A stretch of DNA of 64,000 nt. It comes from Lama guanicoe. Lineage: Eukaryota. The stretch spans positions 2,795,493 through 2,859,492 of the forward strand of contig MU056760.1 of NCBI GenBank assembly GCA_013239625.1. Direction: 5' to 3'. This document shows positions 1-12,653 of this stretch, piece by piece (positions within the stretch are counted from its first letter, which is position 1; each line of letters starts with the position of its first letter). The translations under genes were made by a program, and so were the position numbers. The notes under the pieces are model-generated. The model saw only the letters and a program-made list of their open reading frames with translations. It was not told the origin of the DNA and ran no database searches.

Positions 1-496
1 TGGGGGCGGCTCCCGAGAGGAGGGGTGGTGACACCTGCTGAGCCCCTGCTCACACCAGGCGTTGTGTTAGGTGCTTCCAGAAGATACCTCCTTTAATGTG
101 AGGGGGGATGAGTGGTCTCTCAAGTTCACCAGTGAGGAAGGTGGGGCCGAGAGAGGTAGGTTTCGGCCCAGGGTGATGCAGGGTGTGCATGTTGGGCCAT
201 CATGGGGGAACCCAGGCCACCGAGCTCTGAAAGTGCCTGCTGTCGGGTCCTGTACCCCTTACCTCTGTCACCCTCACCCGCCATGACCATGACCATGTAG
301 TGCATCCTGGCCTCACATGCTGGCTTCTGCCTCTTTCACATGGAACCACTTCTGCTGGGGACTGTCAGATCTCACAGGCTGCCCCTGACTTGCGGTGGCC
401 CAGGATTGAACAGGCCCAGGGAGCAAATGATTTTTCTCCAGGGTTGTAGAGGAGAGCAGAATGAAGCCTGTACTTTTGGGTGATGTTCTGTCCACG

Positions 497-699
497 GGCT
501 TTGAAGTCAGTCAGCTTTGCCTCTTATCAGCACTATGACTCTGGCAAGTCATTCAAGCCTCAGCTTCCCCATCTGTGAAATGGGGGTAACTAGATAACCC
601 ACCCCACACAGTTGTTGGGAAGAGTAGATGAGTTAATACACGTAGAACACTGAGAATGGTGCCGGCACAATGGTAAGAAGAAATGTCAGCTGTTATTAT
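497..699 (+). mobile_element. MIR SINE
   Basis: gcctcagcttccccatctgtgaaatgggg ... atgagttaatacacgtagaacactgagaatggtgccggcaca ... gctgttattatt. Confidence 0.8.
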
Positions 700-997
700 T
701 TTTATTGGACGTTCACATTTTGAAAGCACTTTCACAAATCTCATTTCACTCACTTGTATCCATCATCCCATGAGACATTCACAGGTAGAAAAGTGGGAGC
801 CGAGGGCCAGAGAGGGCGAGAGCAGGCCAGTGGCAGAGACAGGTTATTCCTGGCGTTTTCTAACAGGAACCAAGTACAAGCCTCTGGCAGCCTCCTGTGG
901 GAAGCAACTTGGGCAGTGATTACGCCGGATGGATATGGGGGGGGCTGAGGGTGGGAGGACCCTGGAGGGGAGGTGCTGACCATCTCCCTCTCCCCAG

Positions 998-1081
998 TGC
1001 CTGGAACGAGCCATGAAGTTTGCCTTTGGAGAATTTCACCTTTGGTACCAGGTGGCCCTCTCCATGGTAGCTTGTGGGAAG
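998..1081 (+). CDS. TTC7A: TTC7A coding exon (human exon 10 equivalent): [28 protein letters not shown]
   Basis: Acceptor ctctccccag|TGC, donor AAG|gtaaga; 84 nt, phase 0/0. Confidence 0.96.
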
Positions 1082-2352
1082 GTAAGACACAAGGTGTGCT
1101 GGGGGCTCTAGTCTCTCCCAGAAGTGGGCAGAGGGCGGTGCAGTGATTCAGAAATATTGTCCAGCAGCTGATTTTAGTCTCCAGGAGAGTGAGGGGCACG
1201 GGAGGGTCACACACAGACCCCTGTGTGAATCTGGTGTCTACTTGTAAGTTACAAGTGTGCCGGATGTGCAGGTGTGAGTCCATGGGTGCTCTTCTCTGAG
1301 TATATGTGCATGTATACGGGGGCATCATGGCATTTCTATCTGTGAGTTGGTTGGTGTGACTACATGAGACAAGCATGGACGTGGGTTCCATTGTTCCACT
1401 TGGGCTGCATCTCTCTTCCTGCCCACGGGCTTGGTGTCAAGAAGGAACCTTCGCATAAATCCAGGACTTGCCTAGGAGGGAGGGGTTGAAGGATAGAGCA
1501 GAGCCCCATGAGGGAGTTTGGAGGAGCACTGCGAGGTGGGCGTGGTGGGGTGATCAGGAGGAGTTCTGCCCGGAGCAGGGCTGACCTTACCCCCGTCTCC
1601 TGAGCTGCATTTGCTCTCTACCCACCCAGCCCCATCCCCGCACCCCTTGGTTTTCCTCCAATGAGAATCACATAATTACATAAGCCTCTATTCTCAGCAG
1701 TGGCATGAAAGGAAACCTTTCCGGAGCTGGGTGCTGAGGGTGTTGGGGCTGAGGATGCTACGAGTGCAGGAAATAAGGTGGCATGGGCTCACAGATCGTT
1801 CTCAGAGCTATAAACACCCACAGCCCGTTTGTGGGGCTAAGGGAATTCCTCCCCCAACCCATCTGCGCCACCTGCCATTTCGAGCCTCGCAACCAGGGCC
1901 CTCCTGGGCTTGCCAGCACCTCCTCCACGAATGGAGGGTGTGCTGGTCAGGTCCTGGTAAGGGAGCAGGCAGAAGAGCAGGTGCTGCAGCCTGACAGGTG
2001 GGAAGGGACTAGGGAAATACAGCCGAGCATCAGGTGAGGAGCCTTTTCTGCACCCCCCTTACCTTGCTAGGCATTTGTCTTTCCAAACCTCTTCCCCTTG
2101 CCATCACATTGGCCACCTCCTAGGGCATCCTGAAGTCATGCCACAGTGTCCCCTAGCTCTGTGCTCAGCAAGGTCTTGTCCAGGCTCAGGGAGAGTTCAG
2201 ACACAGATAGCACGAGACCTAGGGCAGGGGCAGGGGTCAGGCTGGAGCTTACTGGAGCCTGGCCTGCAACAGCTTACTGCCTCTGGGAAACAGAAAATGC
2301 CTCTAGTCTTGTAATAGTGCACATGGATCAGGAGGAGAGGCCCAGGGCCAGG

Positions 2353-2485
2353 ACAATGGTTCTCACCCTTCTGTGGGTCATGGACCCCTTTGAGATGCTG
2401 ATGAATGATGGGCACCCCTCCTCAGAATAATGCACTGCACATGGAAGTTTGCTTTAATTTCCGGGGGTGCTCCTGGAAGCCCCCA
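2353..2485. mobile_element. Ancient hAT-Charlie-type DNA transposon fragment
   Basis: TIR-like caatggttctcaccctt followed by gggtcatggacccctttgag; family not determined. Confidence 0.55.
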
Positions 2486-2769
2486 GTCTCTGGAGATGAT
2501 GTCACATTAGCCTGGGAGGTCTTCAACCTCCTTACTGAGAAGAGCCAGGCTCAGAGAGGTCCAGATGCAACCTGGCACATCCCAGGATCCGGGGTACTGG
2601 TATCCCAGTCCAGCTCCTTCCCAGGCCAGCAAGGTGGGCTCAAAAAATGGACTTTTAGGTAGGAAGTTGGGGTGATCAGTGAATTCCTCATGTATGAGGC
2701 CCCACAGGCTGGAGACACGGATTACACCCATCCCTGCATTTGATGCAGCAGGAGATTGTTCTGGAAGTA

Positions 2770-2804
2770 CACTCTCCACTCTCTACTCTCCACTCCCCAC
2801 TCCC
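2770..2804. repeat. Short 7-mer tandem repeat (YACTCYC)x5
   Basis: cactctc cactctc tactctc cactccc cactccc. Confidence 0.7.
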
Positions 2805-3924
2805 CCAGGATCCCTGCACACCAGATCAGTCTGCCTGGTTGGCCCAGGCAGCCCTTGGAAGGGTGGACAGACCTCACCTTTGCCAAGAGCCTAAGGTGGG
2901 AGTCAAGGTTCTGTACCTACAATTGTGCATAGAAGGTCTTCTAGAAGGTGAGGCAAGGCAGATATAAATATATCTGGCACCTCAACCTGCAGGAAGAGAG
3001 AATGAGTTCCATGGCATGATTTAGGTAGCTCCTTCTCCATCTCTTTGGCAATCACGTTGGCTGTGTTGCTATGTAACTAGCATGACAAAAAAAGAAAAAA
3101 AAAGAGCTGCAGCTCCGACTGTGGAGTCCTCAGATGGCTCCTTAAATAGCAGTGTTTTGTGGTCGGGGAGGAACGTGGAGGGTCCGGGCTAGAGAAGCTG
3201 TATTTCCAGGGTGCAGAGGTCAGCAGCCAGGAAAGGAGGCCAAGGCTTGCTGGGGTGCGTAGGCAGAGGGGACTGTGAGTGGCCTTCACAGGAGAGAGTC
3301 TCTCTCAGAAGACGGGGATGGCTGCCCTCACTCCAGCCCAGGCCCAACACCCCCTGCAGTCTCCCAGCCTCCCAGCTGGTCATATACTAACAGTCTCTTG
3401 GTCTCGGCCTCATACCCTTGTTTCCTGAGAGAGCAGCGGGGCAGGGCTTTGTCCTCTCTCCCCATCCTTTCTCTGAGCTCCCCTTCCTGCAGTCACCCCT
3501 CAGCCCCCAGCCCTATGCTTGGTGCAGAGCAAGCCCTCAACCTGAGCCCTGAGCCCAGAGCCCAAGGAAGTCTGTCGTGTCTGGGCTGAGAAAAGCTCTT
3601 CCTCTCTCAACAGGGAAAGGAGGAGGAGTGAGAGACAGGCAGGGGTCCAGGATGGGCGGGCACAGACCAGTGGGGCCCTAGGCCTGCATATCCCAGTCCT
3701 CACACTGTGCTGTGGATAGGGGAGCCCTCCAGAGCCCCCGTTTCCTCAGCAGGGCCACCGGAGTGGTTGGGGAGGGTGAGAGCTAGTTAGTGATGGGGAG
3801 TTCAGTCCACAGTACAGCCCTGCCTGTGGGAATTGTAGTTACATACACTTGCTCCTGCCTCTGTGTGTGTGTAGCGGGGAGACAGAGGCTTCCCCTCTGG
3901 CCAAAGCTGTCACTGCAGAGGCAG

Positions 3925-4395
3925 GATAGGTCAGTGGTTACAAGCTTAGAGCAGACTGTTCAAACTTCAGCTCAGCTACTTATGGGCGAGTGTGACTTCA
4001 GACGGGCTACTTCTCTGCATTTCAGTTTCCTCATTTGTAAATAGGGACATAGCACCTGCCTCATAGGAGAGCTGTGAAAAGTAAACGGCTTAATATTTAT
4101 AAAGCACCTAGAACAGGGGTCAGCAGACTTTCTGTAAAGGGTCAGGTAGTAAACATTTTTGACTTTGCAGGCCAAACAGCCTCCACTGGGAACTACTGTA
4201 CTCTGCCTTTGCATCAGGAAAGCAACCGTAGACAATACCCACATGAACGGGCATGGCTGAGTTCCAATAAAACATTGTTTACAAAAGCAGGCAGAGGGCC
4301 AGATGTGGGCTGGGTTTTGCTGACCTCTGACTTTACAACAGTGCCTAGTGCCTAGTAAGACGCAAATCAGGGTTAGCTGGTGTTCTTCTCATTAT
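3925..4395 (+). mobile_element. MIR SINE split by MER58A
   Basis: MIR core ttcagtttcctcatttgtaaataggg...aaagcacctagaa, resuming as acagtgcctag after the MITE; boundaries approximate. Confidence 0.75.
4114..4329 (+). mobile_element. MER58A-like hAT-Charlie MITE inserted into a MIR
   Basis: Terminal inverted repeats caggggtcagcagac ... ttttgctgacctctg; internal ctgtaaagggtcaggtagtaaacattttt and gttccaataaaac. MIR sequence continues on both sides. Confidence 0.85.
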
Positions 4396-4963
4396 TGTGA
4401 TTGGTGATGGGCCTGCCCGGCTCTAGTGCTTCCCCCCGGCCCTCCCTCTGCGCTTGGGCATCCTCAGCACTGCTGGTGTGGCCCCATCTCCATGGCTTGT
4501 CTCAGGCTCTTTCCCGACTAGCTTTTATGTTCCGCCTACTTCCCACCACCGGCCCTGCATCCATGTCCCTAAGTAGGTTTGTCCTCATCTTATCACCTTT
4601 AAACCAAGTGTGTTGAACTCAGAGGTTTGAGGGAGCCCCTTTCTAAACCTCTAACATGTCTCTGGTTCACATTTGGAGTCCTTTTGAAGAGCTTCCCTCT
4701 GCTGACACCTTAGCTCTTGTCACATTGTCTCTGGGCAAAGGTCACAGCCTCCTTTTTCCAGGGGAGGAAACTGAGACCCAGGAGGGACTTGGCTGCCACC
4801 ACTGCCGGGGCTCCTCCCGCCTGGCCTCTTCCTGGCTTTGGAGGAGAGGTGTGCAGAGCAAGGGCTGATTGCTTGGGAGCTGCCCCCACTGTGAACTTGA
4901 GGTATCCAGTCTGTCGCAACCCAGGGCCGTGAGTGACAGTGTTGCCTGCCATTTCTCCTGCAG

Positions 4964-5068
4964 TCATCCTATGCTGTGTCGCTGCTGCGGGAATGTGTGA
5001 AGCTGCGGCCCTCTGACCCCACCGTGCCCCTGATGGCTGCCAAGGTCTGCATAGGGTCCCTGCACTGG
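4964..5068 (+). CDS. TTC7A: TTC7A coding exon 11: [35 protein letters not shown]
   Basis: Acceptor ttctcctgcag|TCA, donor TGG|gtgagt; 105 nt; overlaps ORF 4976..5320. Confidence 0.96.
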
Positions 5069-6198
5069 GTGAGTGAGCTACGGGGTCAGGGGTGGGCAGG
5101 GCCCAGGTCCTGGCAGCCTCCTGTGGCAGGTGGGCATGAGGTGGGGGTGGGCGCATCTTGCCGTGTATGTAAAGGGTGGGGGGAGCTGCGAAGCAGACAG
5201 GCTTGCGGGGGAAGGGGTGGAGAAAGGCTTCTGAGAAAACTCCAGCCGCTGTCCCCTAATGCAGAATGGTGCTGGGTTGTTAAGTTCAGCCTTGAAATGT
5301 CTCCAGGGAGCCAAATGTAGTCAAAAGTCCAGATGCCCCCACCCGCCCAGCTGTGGAAAGTAGGCAGGACCTTGGAGTTACCTGGGTTAGCCCATCTTTC
5401 AGAGTCAAAACTAGCTCTGGGCAGAATGGGAAGGCATCCTCTTCTGTCGGCCTCAGGCCTTGCCTCGGTGCTCTCTCCGCCCCACAGACTACCTCAGCTG
5501 CTGATCCAGGCCTGGGCAGGGTGCGTCTTGAGGCAGGGCCTCTACATGGATGTCTTCTCTCATTGGGAGCTCCCTTGCTGACTTTCCTAGCTTCCTAAGG
5601 TCCACGTCAGCCTCCTGATGTCAGGGGCGGTCCCATTGCCACTCTCTTGAGCAACGTAGAGCATAGAACAGTGCACATCTCTCTCGCCTGTTGGCTGTCA
5701 GCCCACCCACCTCTCCTCTCTTCAGGCTAATAGGCCCAGTTCCTTCATTGGCCCAGGAGTTTCTCCCATATATGGTCCTTCCTACCCTCACTGTCATGGG
5801 CCCAGCTTGTTCCAAGGCAACAGGGGCCCAGGTACATACCGCAGGCACTTTAGAATTAGCCTCTTCCACTCCTCCAGCCCTGGAGATGGAGACTCTAAAT
5901 TCTAACCCTTTCTGCCTGAAGACCCCCTCTCTCCTGAGTCCCTGCCTCCCTGCCAAGTGGGCCTCATCCCCTTTCTGCCGTAGTGCCTCCCTGGCAGGAG
6001 AGTGTGGAAACAGCACCTTCCCCTCTGCTCCCTGGTCCTCAGGTCCCCATGTATGAAGTGCCCTTAGGGCCCTGCCTTGGCTCTTCCGGACTGTGAATGA
6101 TGGAGGAGGGGGAAGCTTGGCTTTTGACCCCAGGCTTTGTGATGTTGTTCTATAAGATTGATTTGCAATAGGCTCTAGGCGTTTAGATGAGGCAGCCT

Positions 6199-7361
6199 GA
6201 TGAGGTGGGTAAGAGTTTCACTGATCCTCATATGTGTCATAAATGACAAAATATGGAAAGAGCTGGACGGCTCAGGGAGGCTTCCAGGAGGAGGCGGCCG
6301 TGGCCCAGGCTCAGAGACCAGCCGGTAGTGGGCCTTTCTGTTGCAGCTTGCTTTCCTCAGCCCCGTGATTAGCAGGCAAACTCCTTGATCCTCAGGTATT
6401 TTTAGGGAGACTGTTGGCATCTTGCGCCGTAGAGGGTAGGGTGCCGTTGGGATGTGTGCAGTGTATGGGTGCTGGCAGAGTAGACACCCAGGCTGAGCAC
6501 GTGCAGCAGCAGGTGGTGGTGTGAGCCAGAGGATACAGGGGGTGGGCTCACTGAGCCCGTAGCTCACACCCCTGCGTGTTCCCAGAGCTCCTGAGAAGGG
6601 CCTTAAACTCATCACTGGGATGAGGCCCAAATACCCAGTGAGGGTGGGACGGGGAGAAGATCTGTGCTCCCAGGAGCTGCCGGCTCTGAGGTGGCTGTGA
6701 GTCCACCCAGCCAATGGCCGCCCCTGCCAGGAAGCCCTAAATTTAGGTCNNNNNNNNNNNNNNNNNNNNNNNNNNNNNNNNNNNNNNNNNNNNNNNNNNN
6801 NNNNNNNNNNNNNNNNNNNNNNNNNNNNNNNNNNNNNNNNNNNNNNNNNNNNNNNNNNNNNNNNNNNNNNNNNNNNNNNNNNNNNNNNNNNNNNNNNNNN
6901 NNNNNNNNNNNNNNNNNNNNNNNNNNNNNNNNNNNNNNNNNNNNNNNNNNNNNGAGTTGTTTAACCTCAGCAAAGAAGCACATTTGGGTTTGGGGGCTGG
7001 TTTGAGCCAGAGTTTAAATCGGGCACAGGCTAGAGCAAGGTCCTGCTGGAGGACTGGGGTGGGTTCCCGGCAGCCTTCACTGCCCTGGAACCTCACCTTC
7101 TGTACCTCCCTAAAGCCCCGTTTATACTTGCCTCGGACACTTGGCACATGGCATTGTATTTCTCATTGCATGTGTTTCTTGAAGATAGGAACTAGCTCTC
7201 CTTCTGGAAACCCCAGCCCAGATAAGGTGGGTTAAGAGTTTCCCTGTTCCTTATATGTGGCACAAATGACAAAGTATGGAAAGGTCTGGACAGCTCAGGG
7301 AGGCTTCCAGGAGAAGGAGGCCTTGGACTGGGCTTGAAGGCCAGCCGGTAGTGGGCCCTTC
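6199..7361 (+). repeat. Diverged direct repeat of ~140 bp (copies at 6199-6338 and 7221-7361) on either side of the gap
   Basis: Shared blocks aggtgggt(t)aagagttt, aaatgacaaa(a/g)tatggaaag, gctcagggaggcttccaggag and ccagccggtagtgggcc. Confidence 0.85.
6750..6953. other. Assembly gap (204 N)
   Basis: Run of N. Confidence 1.
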
Positions 7362-9983
7362 CAGCCCAGAGTTAATGCCTGGTTCTTGTTGGATAGATCC
7401 CACTTGCCAATGAGCACAACCACTGGGCAACGAATTCTGCCTTATGGTGCCTTTCCGTCTAGATGGGGAGCTTCTTCACCTACTGTGTCTTATACCCTGA
7501 GTCCTTCTCCCCTACAGAGAACCCTGCACATAGCAGGTGTTCAAATATATCTTACAGAATGACACCCCCACCAGCTGGCTGCAAGGGAAGGTGAGGGAAG
7601 CCTACATCTGGTTCATGGTTCTCCCTGGCCCCCAGGGTTGGTGCTGGGCCGAGAGCAGGCCTGTGGGTAGCCAAGAGCAGCCTGTTCTAGGAGGCCAGGA
7701 AAGGGGTGGCCCACCACTCTGTCCTCAAGGCCTAGAGTAGGAGGAATGGGTCTGACTGGTGGGCACATTGGTGCTGGTGCTCGGGATGGGGCACAGATCC
7801 TGAAAGGCATCTGACACCACCTCTATCTCCAGCCTTCACAGCTATCTGGGCTCATGTCAGCCCCAGCAGGCCCAGCCATTAGCCAGCCAAGCCCCATGAG
7901 CAAGGGATGGAGATTTGGGCTGGACAATTCGGCCTAGGTTGCAGGAAGGGAGGCTGAAACTGGGACATGGGAAAAACGAGTTGTGCTGAGTGAAACCAGA
8001 CTAGGTGGCCACGTGCCCAGAGGCGGAGCACCTGCTGTCCCTGCACCCCGTCCTCATGCCCAGAGCCAGTGTAGGACGCCCCAGGTTGGATTTGGGTGAG
8101 AGCAGGGTTGCCCCTGGGTACGGGTGGGTGAGGAGGGGGCCGGGCAGAGAGACCTGCGTGGTCACCTGCTGGCTGTTGTGGGGTTTACAGCAGGACGGGT
8201 TGCGTGTGAGAGCACTGGCCCCACAGCTTAGCCTGAGGCTTGCCCAGGTTGGGGAGGGCATCCCGGGCTCTGACCTGGTGACAGCTATGTGGCAGCCTCT
8301 CGCCTCAGCATGGCCAACATCTTGCCAAGGTCCCCAGCTGGTTATTTGGGGCAGAATATCTGTAAATATTTTTTCATATCCCTCCAAACACCATTAGTTC
8401 AAGTTCATTTAATTTAAAAAGTTAAAACCTTTCTAGGAGGATAGGAGATGGGGATGCCATGTGTGCTGTGTGTCACACACAGCAGGAAGGGAGGCTGTGG
8501 AATGGAAAAGCAGGCTGTACTCATCTGTGGAAAGGTCTATGGTGCTGTTTCTCAGCCTCTTCCCCTAAGGGTTGGTCTAGGGTGGTGGAAAAAGTGCAGG
8601 CTTTAGCAGCTGAGAGGAGAGGAAATCCCTGCCCTCCCACTTAGAAGCTGTGTGACTTTGGGTGAGTAACTGACCCACCCTGTGCCTCATCAGTAACCTG
8701 GAAACAGCCACAGTTTGCAGGGTGGCTGTGACCACCAGAGCTGAGGCAGGTACCTAGCACATGGGAGGTAGCTGGGAAATGGCAGCTGTCCCTGTGACAG
8801 CCCCTGCAGAATAGCTGCCTCTCACACAAGGCATGCTTTTGTGCTTTTGCCTTCATTTTTCAGATTCAGGGGTGGAGAGGGCCAGGAAGATGGATTAAGT
8901 ATTTAGGAGGCAGGGAAGAAAGAATGCCAGCTCTCCTGCCACTAGCTTGTGGAAATTAGAAAGAGTGCCTTTTCCTTCCAGGAAGAACAAAGTGCGTTTT
9001 CACTAGAGCAGATAACAGCAGGTCCTGGGCCCTAGGGCAAGCGACTAAGGAGAAACCAGAGGGGCTGTTTAAACAGAGCCCTGCGGGCTCCGACATGACC
9101 TTTCTCTGGTTCCCAGGAGGGGAGGAAGAGGTGAGGATTCCAGGGGGACAACCTCTTTGGCCCACTGCAAGATGAGCGCGGCAGGCCGAGCAGGAGCAGA
9201 GTGCAAAGCCAGGAGCCTGCCTGTGTGGGGACCAAATTAGGAGAACTGGAGAGATGCAGGAACTTGGAAAGGCATGGGAACATTTTCCTTACTTATGAAA
9301 AACAAAAGCAAAGAATCCAAATGTTACATCCTTCCGTGCATCCTTTTCCCAAAGGGTCAGAGAGGAGGAGAAATGCAGAACCACAGAGGGCTGCCACGAA
9401 TCAGGTGGCTCAGATAGATTCAAATGTAGGCTCAGGAGACCTGAGTTGGAAGCTCGATTGGCAGCTTACTTCTAGGTTGGAAACTCGATTCTGGCACTTA
9501 CAAGCCGGGTGACCTTGAATTGGTCCCCTAAAATCCTTGTGCCTCAGAACCCTCTATTATGAAATACCCGTTCCGTGATGTGGCTACAGTGCTGTGACAT
9601 GCCAGGTGAGCACCAAACCGTTGGAGAATTGCGAGGGAGGAAGAGGGGGAGGATCTCTACCTGGGTCTTGTGGCAGTTACATGGCTGCCACAGGTAAAGG
9701 AAGTATTAAAAAGCAGTGTAGGAGGAGAATGGTTGAAAGCTTTGAAAACCCCTCCCCCTAGAAGTATTTTGATGAGAAGGAAGGGCCCAGTACTGTAACC
9801 TGAGTGAATCTTGCGAAAGCAGTGGCCACAACCCCAGAGCCATCAGCTGTTAACTTTGGGGGCCACAGGAGGAAGTGCAGGGAGATGGGAAAGGGCAGAG
9901 GAGGTCCTTGGCGGGGAGAAAGACGGCGAGGGTGTTGTAGATGGGCAGGTGCTTGGCAATTCAGTCAACAACTTGCTTTTCCG

Positions 9984-10080
9984 AATATATGTATGTATAT
10001 GCACGACTAGGACGTTGTGCTACACAGCAGAAGTTGACACATTGTAACTGATGGTATTTCAATTAAAAAAACAACAACTA
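9984..10080 (+). mobile_element. L1 3'-end fragment with A-rich tail
   Basis: tatatgtatgtatatgcacgactaggacgttgtgctacacagcagaagttgacacattgtaactga...tcaattaaaaaaa, typical of artiodactyl/camelid L1 3' termini. Confidence 0.7.
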
Positions 10081-10559
10081 AACTTACCCTTTTCACATCA
10101 CAGGTTGAGGCCCATTAGCAGGTTGTGAAGTAGAACTCTTTTTAAAAATGGAAGTAGGCAATCAGAACAGGATAGGAAACATCCGAGTGTATTACCCACA
10201 ATAGACGTGAATCTTGTAACAAGGGTAGGTGGGTGGTTGCACGTATGTATGTCCCAGACCGTGGGGAGGGGTCAGAGAGTTTGACCGACCCGGCACAGCT
10301 GCAGGGACCCTGTTATCCTTGTGTAGAGTCAATCCTTTTCTGGGACTGAGGGTCAGGCCAGAGACAAGGCAGACGGTACTATCCCCTCTCTGGATTCCAA
10401 GAGGGTCTTTGATGCCACTTCCTAATTTGTCAGTGAGCTCATGTAGCTATAGGGGACAAGGACTCTCCTCTCTAGACGGCATTCGCCCCATCTATTAGCA
10501 TGGGACTTAAAAAAATTCTGGGGGATTAAATTAATTATAGACCTAAAATTACAACTAAT

Positions 10560-10785
10560 AATAATTGTAGTTACATTTGTTCAAGCACTGGTCTGAGCGT
10601 TCTCATGTTATTATCTTATTCCATCCCCCCGAAACCCTATGGGCAGACTCTTGTTATCCGCATTTTACAGAAGAGGGAACTGAGGCAGAGCAAAGTGAAG
10701 TGACCAGCCCGACGTCACACGGTTAATAGCCAAACTAGGATCTAAGCCCAGGAAGTCCGGCCCCCGAGCTTGTGTTCTTAGCTGC
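10560..10785 (-). mobile_element. MIR SINE
   Basis: cattttacagaagagggaactgaggcagag...aagtgaccagcccgacgtcacac (reverse MIR core). Confidence 0.78.
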
Positions 10786-11329
10786 TAGGCTGCCCTGCTG
10801 TCTGCGTGGAAAACTCACTCACGGGTGTGGCGCTGACTCTGGATTTGGGTGGGATTCTCGTACTTCAGAACAAAAGTGGAAAAGCCCTATTTTAGGATTT
10901 CTACTCTTGTCTTAGGTGAAGGGGAATTGTGCACTATATGTAGATTTTTTAAATATGCTTTCTGTTTCTAAAATATATTTTTATATTTAAAATACTTATA
11001 TATTTGGGGTTTTTGTTTTTGCTGTGACAGCATTTTTCTCTTTTGCTGGCTACGGCACCCATGTATAAACGTATTACTACTGTATGTTATATTGTGTATT
11101 GTCATATTTGATAGAATCGATTAGACTTCTTTTCCTTTGCAATCATTACATTGACTCCATATGCAAACAACTGTTTTGTGGTAGGTAACTGAAATCAAAA
11201 TAGTATTGGCCATGTAGGAAAATGGTCCACTGAAGCCTTGTGGGTTTGATTTGAGACAAATACCAACACTGTGTTTAGAGACCATTTTAAACTACGTGGG
11301 CAAGGCTGGCAAGTACTGGTCAGGGAAAG

Positions 11330-11560
11330 CTACTAACCTGGGGTCAGAGAGGACCACAAGCTGGACAAGCTACGGTTGTATGTTGTCACGTTTTAAAGCT
11401 GAACGGTGGTGCGCGCTATTAATCCAAAGTATGATGTGTCTGAATAGGAGAGTAACTTTCCCCTGTTTGCCAGTAATTGCTCCGCTTTGTTCCTGGCACC
11501 CTCTCTGCATGGGTTGCAGGAGATGGAAGCTGGCATTTGCTGAGGAGAAGGACATGGCCA
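11330..11560 (+). mobile_element. Probable L3/CR1 LINE relic
   Basis: aaagctgaa...gctattaatccaaagtatgatgtgtctgaataggagagtaactttcccct...ttcctggcacc resembles the end of CR1 ORF2; heavily diverged. Confidence 0.45.
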
Positions 11561-12538
11561 TGAGGAGAATGTATATACATGGAGTGCAGTAGGTTTCTGG
11601 ATTCTATTTATAACTCGTATTTGGTGGTTTATTAAAAAAAAGCTCGCATCTGTTTGAATAGGTCATAATGATACTTATAGACAGTTGGAAGACGAGAAGT
11701 GGCAGATTAGGAAGTGGGCAAGGGGCTGTTTGCTCACTTACCCTTCCCTTATTGCCTCCAGTACCCGCTCAGCTATGCAGCCTCCTTGGACAACCCCAGC
11801 CAGGTGTTTGCCCCTCTCTTGGGGCTCCCATAGCCCCAGGCCAGCATCACACAGCAGAGCCTTGATTAAGAGCCCCCTTGCCCTGCGGGGCCTGGCCCTC
11901 CTTAGTGTCGGCTCCCAGGAGTTCCATGCATGCTCATCCAGGCATCTGCCTCCTCCTCACTGGGCCTCCCCAGCCAGGCCAGCATAGAGCCTGGTGCTGC
12001 AGAAGACTCAGTGGAGGTTTGTAGGGAGAAGCGGTTGGAGTAGGGGGGAGGTGAGGACCTCTGGGACACAGTCTGTCAGGCACTGAGCCTGTGTCAGAGG
12101 GCTTGTCCTGTGCTTGCCTTTCAACCTGGCTCTGACTTCAGGGCCCCACAGCTCTCCTGAGTGCTGCTGGCCACATGCTCCAGGAGATGGATCTCAGTGT
12201 CTATAGCCTAAGTCCGCCCAGACAGCGCGACTGGGCAGCGGGCAGCTGTGGGGTTTCCTGAGGTGCTGCCTCCCCCCAGCCCTGAGACCTCAGGCCTGAT
12301 GGTGTTACAGGCCCAACTCCCCAGACTCCTGCATCCTTTCGGTGACCAGTCCACTGATCTGGAGGTGGCCCACTGCCCAGGCTGGCAGCTTGAACTTGAC
12401 CGTGAGGGGGCTGAAAGGCTGACCTTGTCAGGGATGTGGTAGAGCCACAGGGATTCAGCCCCTCTGGCAATCTGTCTCTGGGCTGTTAGCTCACCCGTTC
12501 TGCCTTTCTTGTACTTTGGGTGCTTCTCTTCTTTATAG

Positions 12539-12653
12539 CTGGAGGAGGCAGAGCGCTTTACCATGATGGTCATCCACCTTGGGGATGGAGTTCCTCTCCA
12601 AGGGCACTCTGGCTGGGGTACCAGAACCCAGCATAACTTTTTGGGCCTCTGTG
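12539..12653 (+). pseudogene. Degenerate tandem copy of TTC7A exon 12 (pseudo-exon)
   Basis: ctggaggaggcagagcgctttaccatgatggtcatccaccttgggga versus real exon ctggaggaggcagagcgctttgccatgattgtcatccacctcgggga. Homologous acceptor, ~8-nt deletion, decayed 3' part. Confidence 0.9.

Noticed and set aside
5082-5101. G-runs just downstream of the exon-11 donor
   Set aside because: Intronic G-triplets near 5' splice sites are common in GC-rich mammalian genes.
6612-7147. ORFs spanning X runs
   Set aside because: Artefacts of the 204-N assembly gap.
10920-11700. AT-rich island in GC-rich intron 11, considered as a retrocopy or foreign insert
   Set aside because: No convincing ORF, TSD or recognisable gene; part resembles an ancient L3/CR1 relic.
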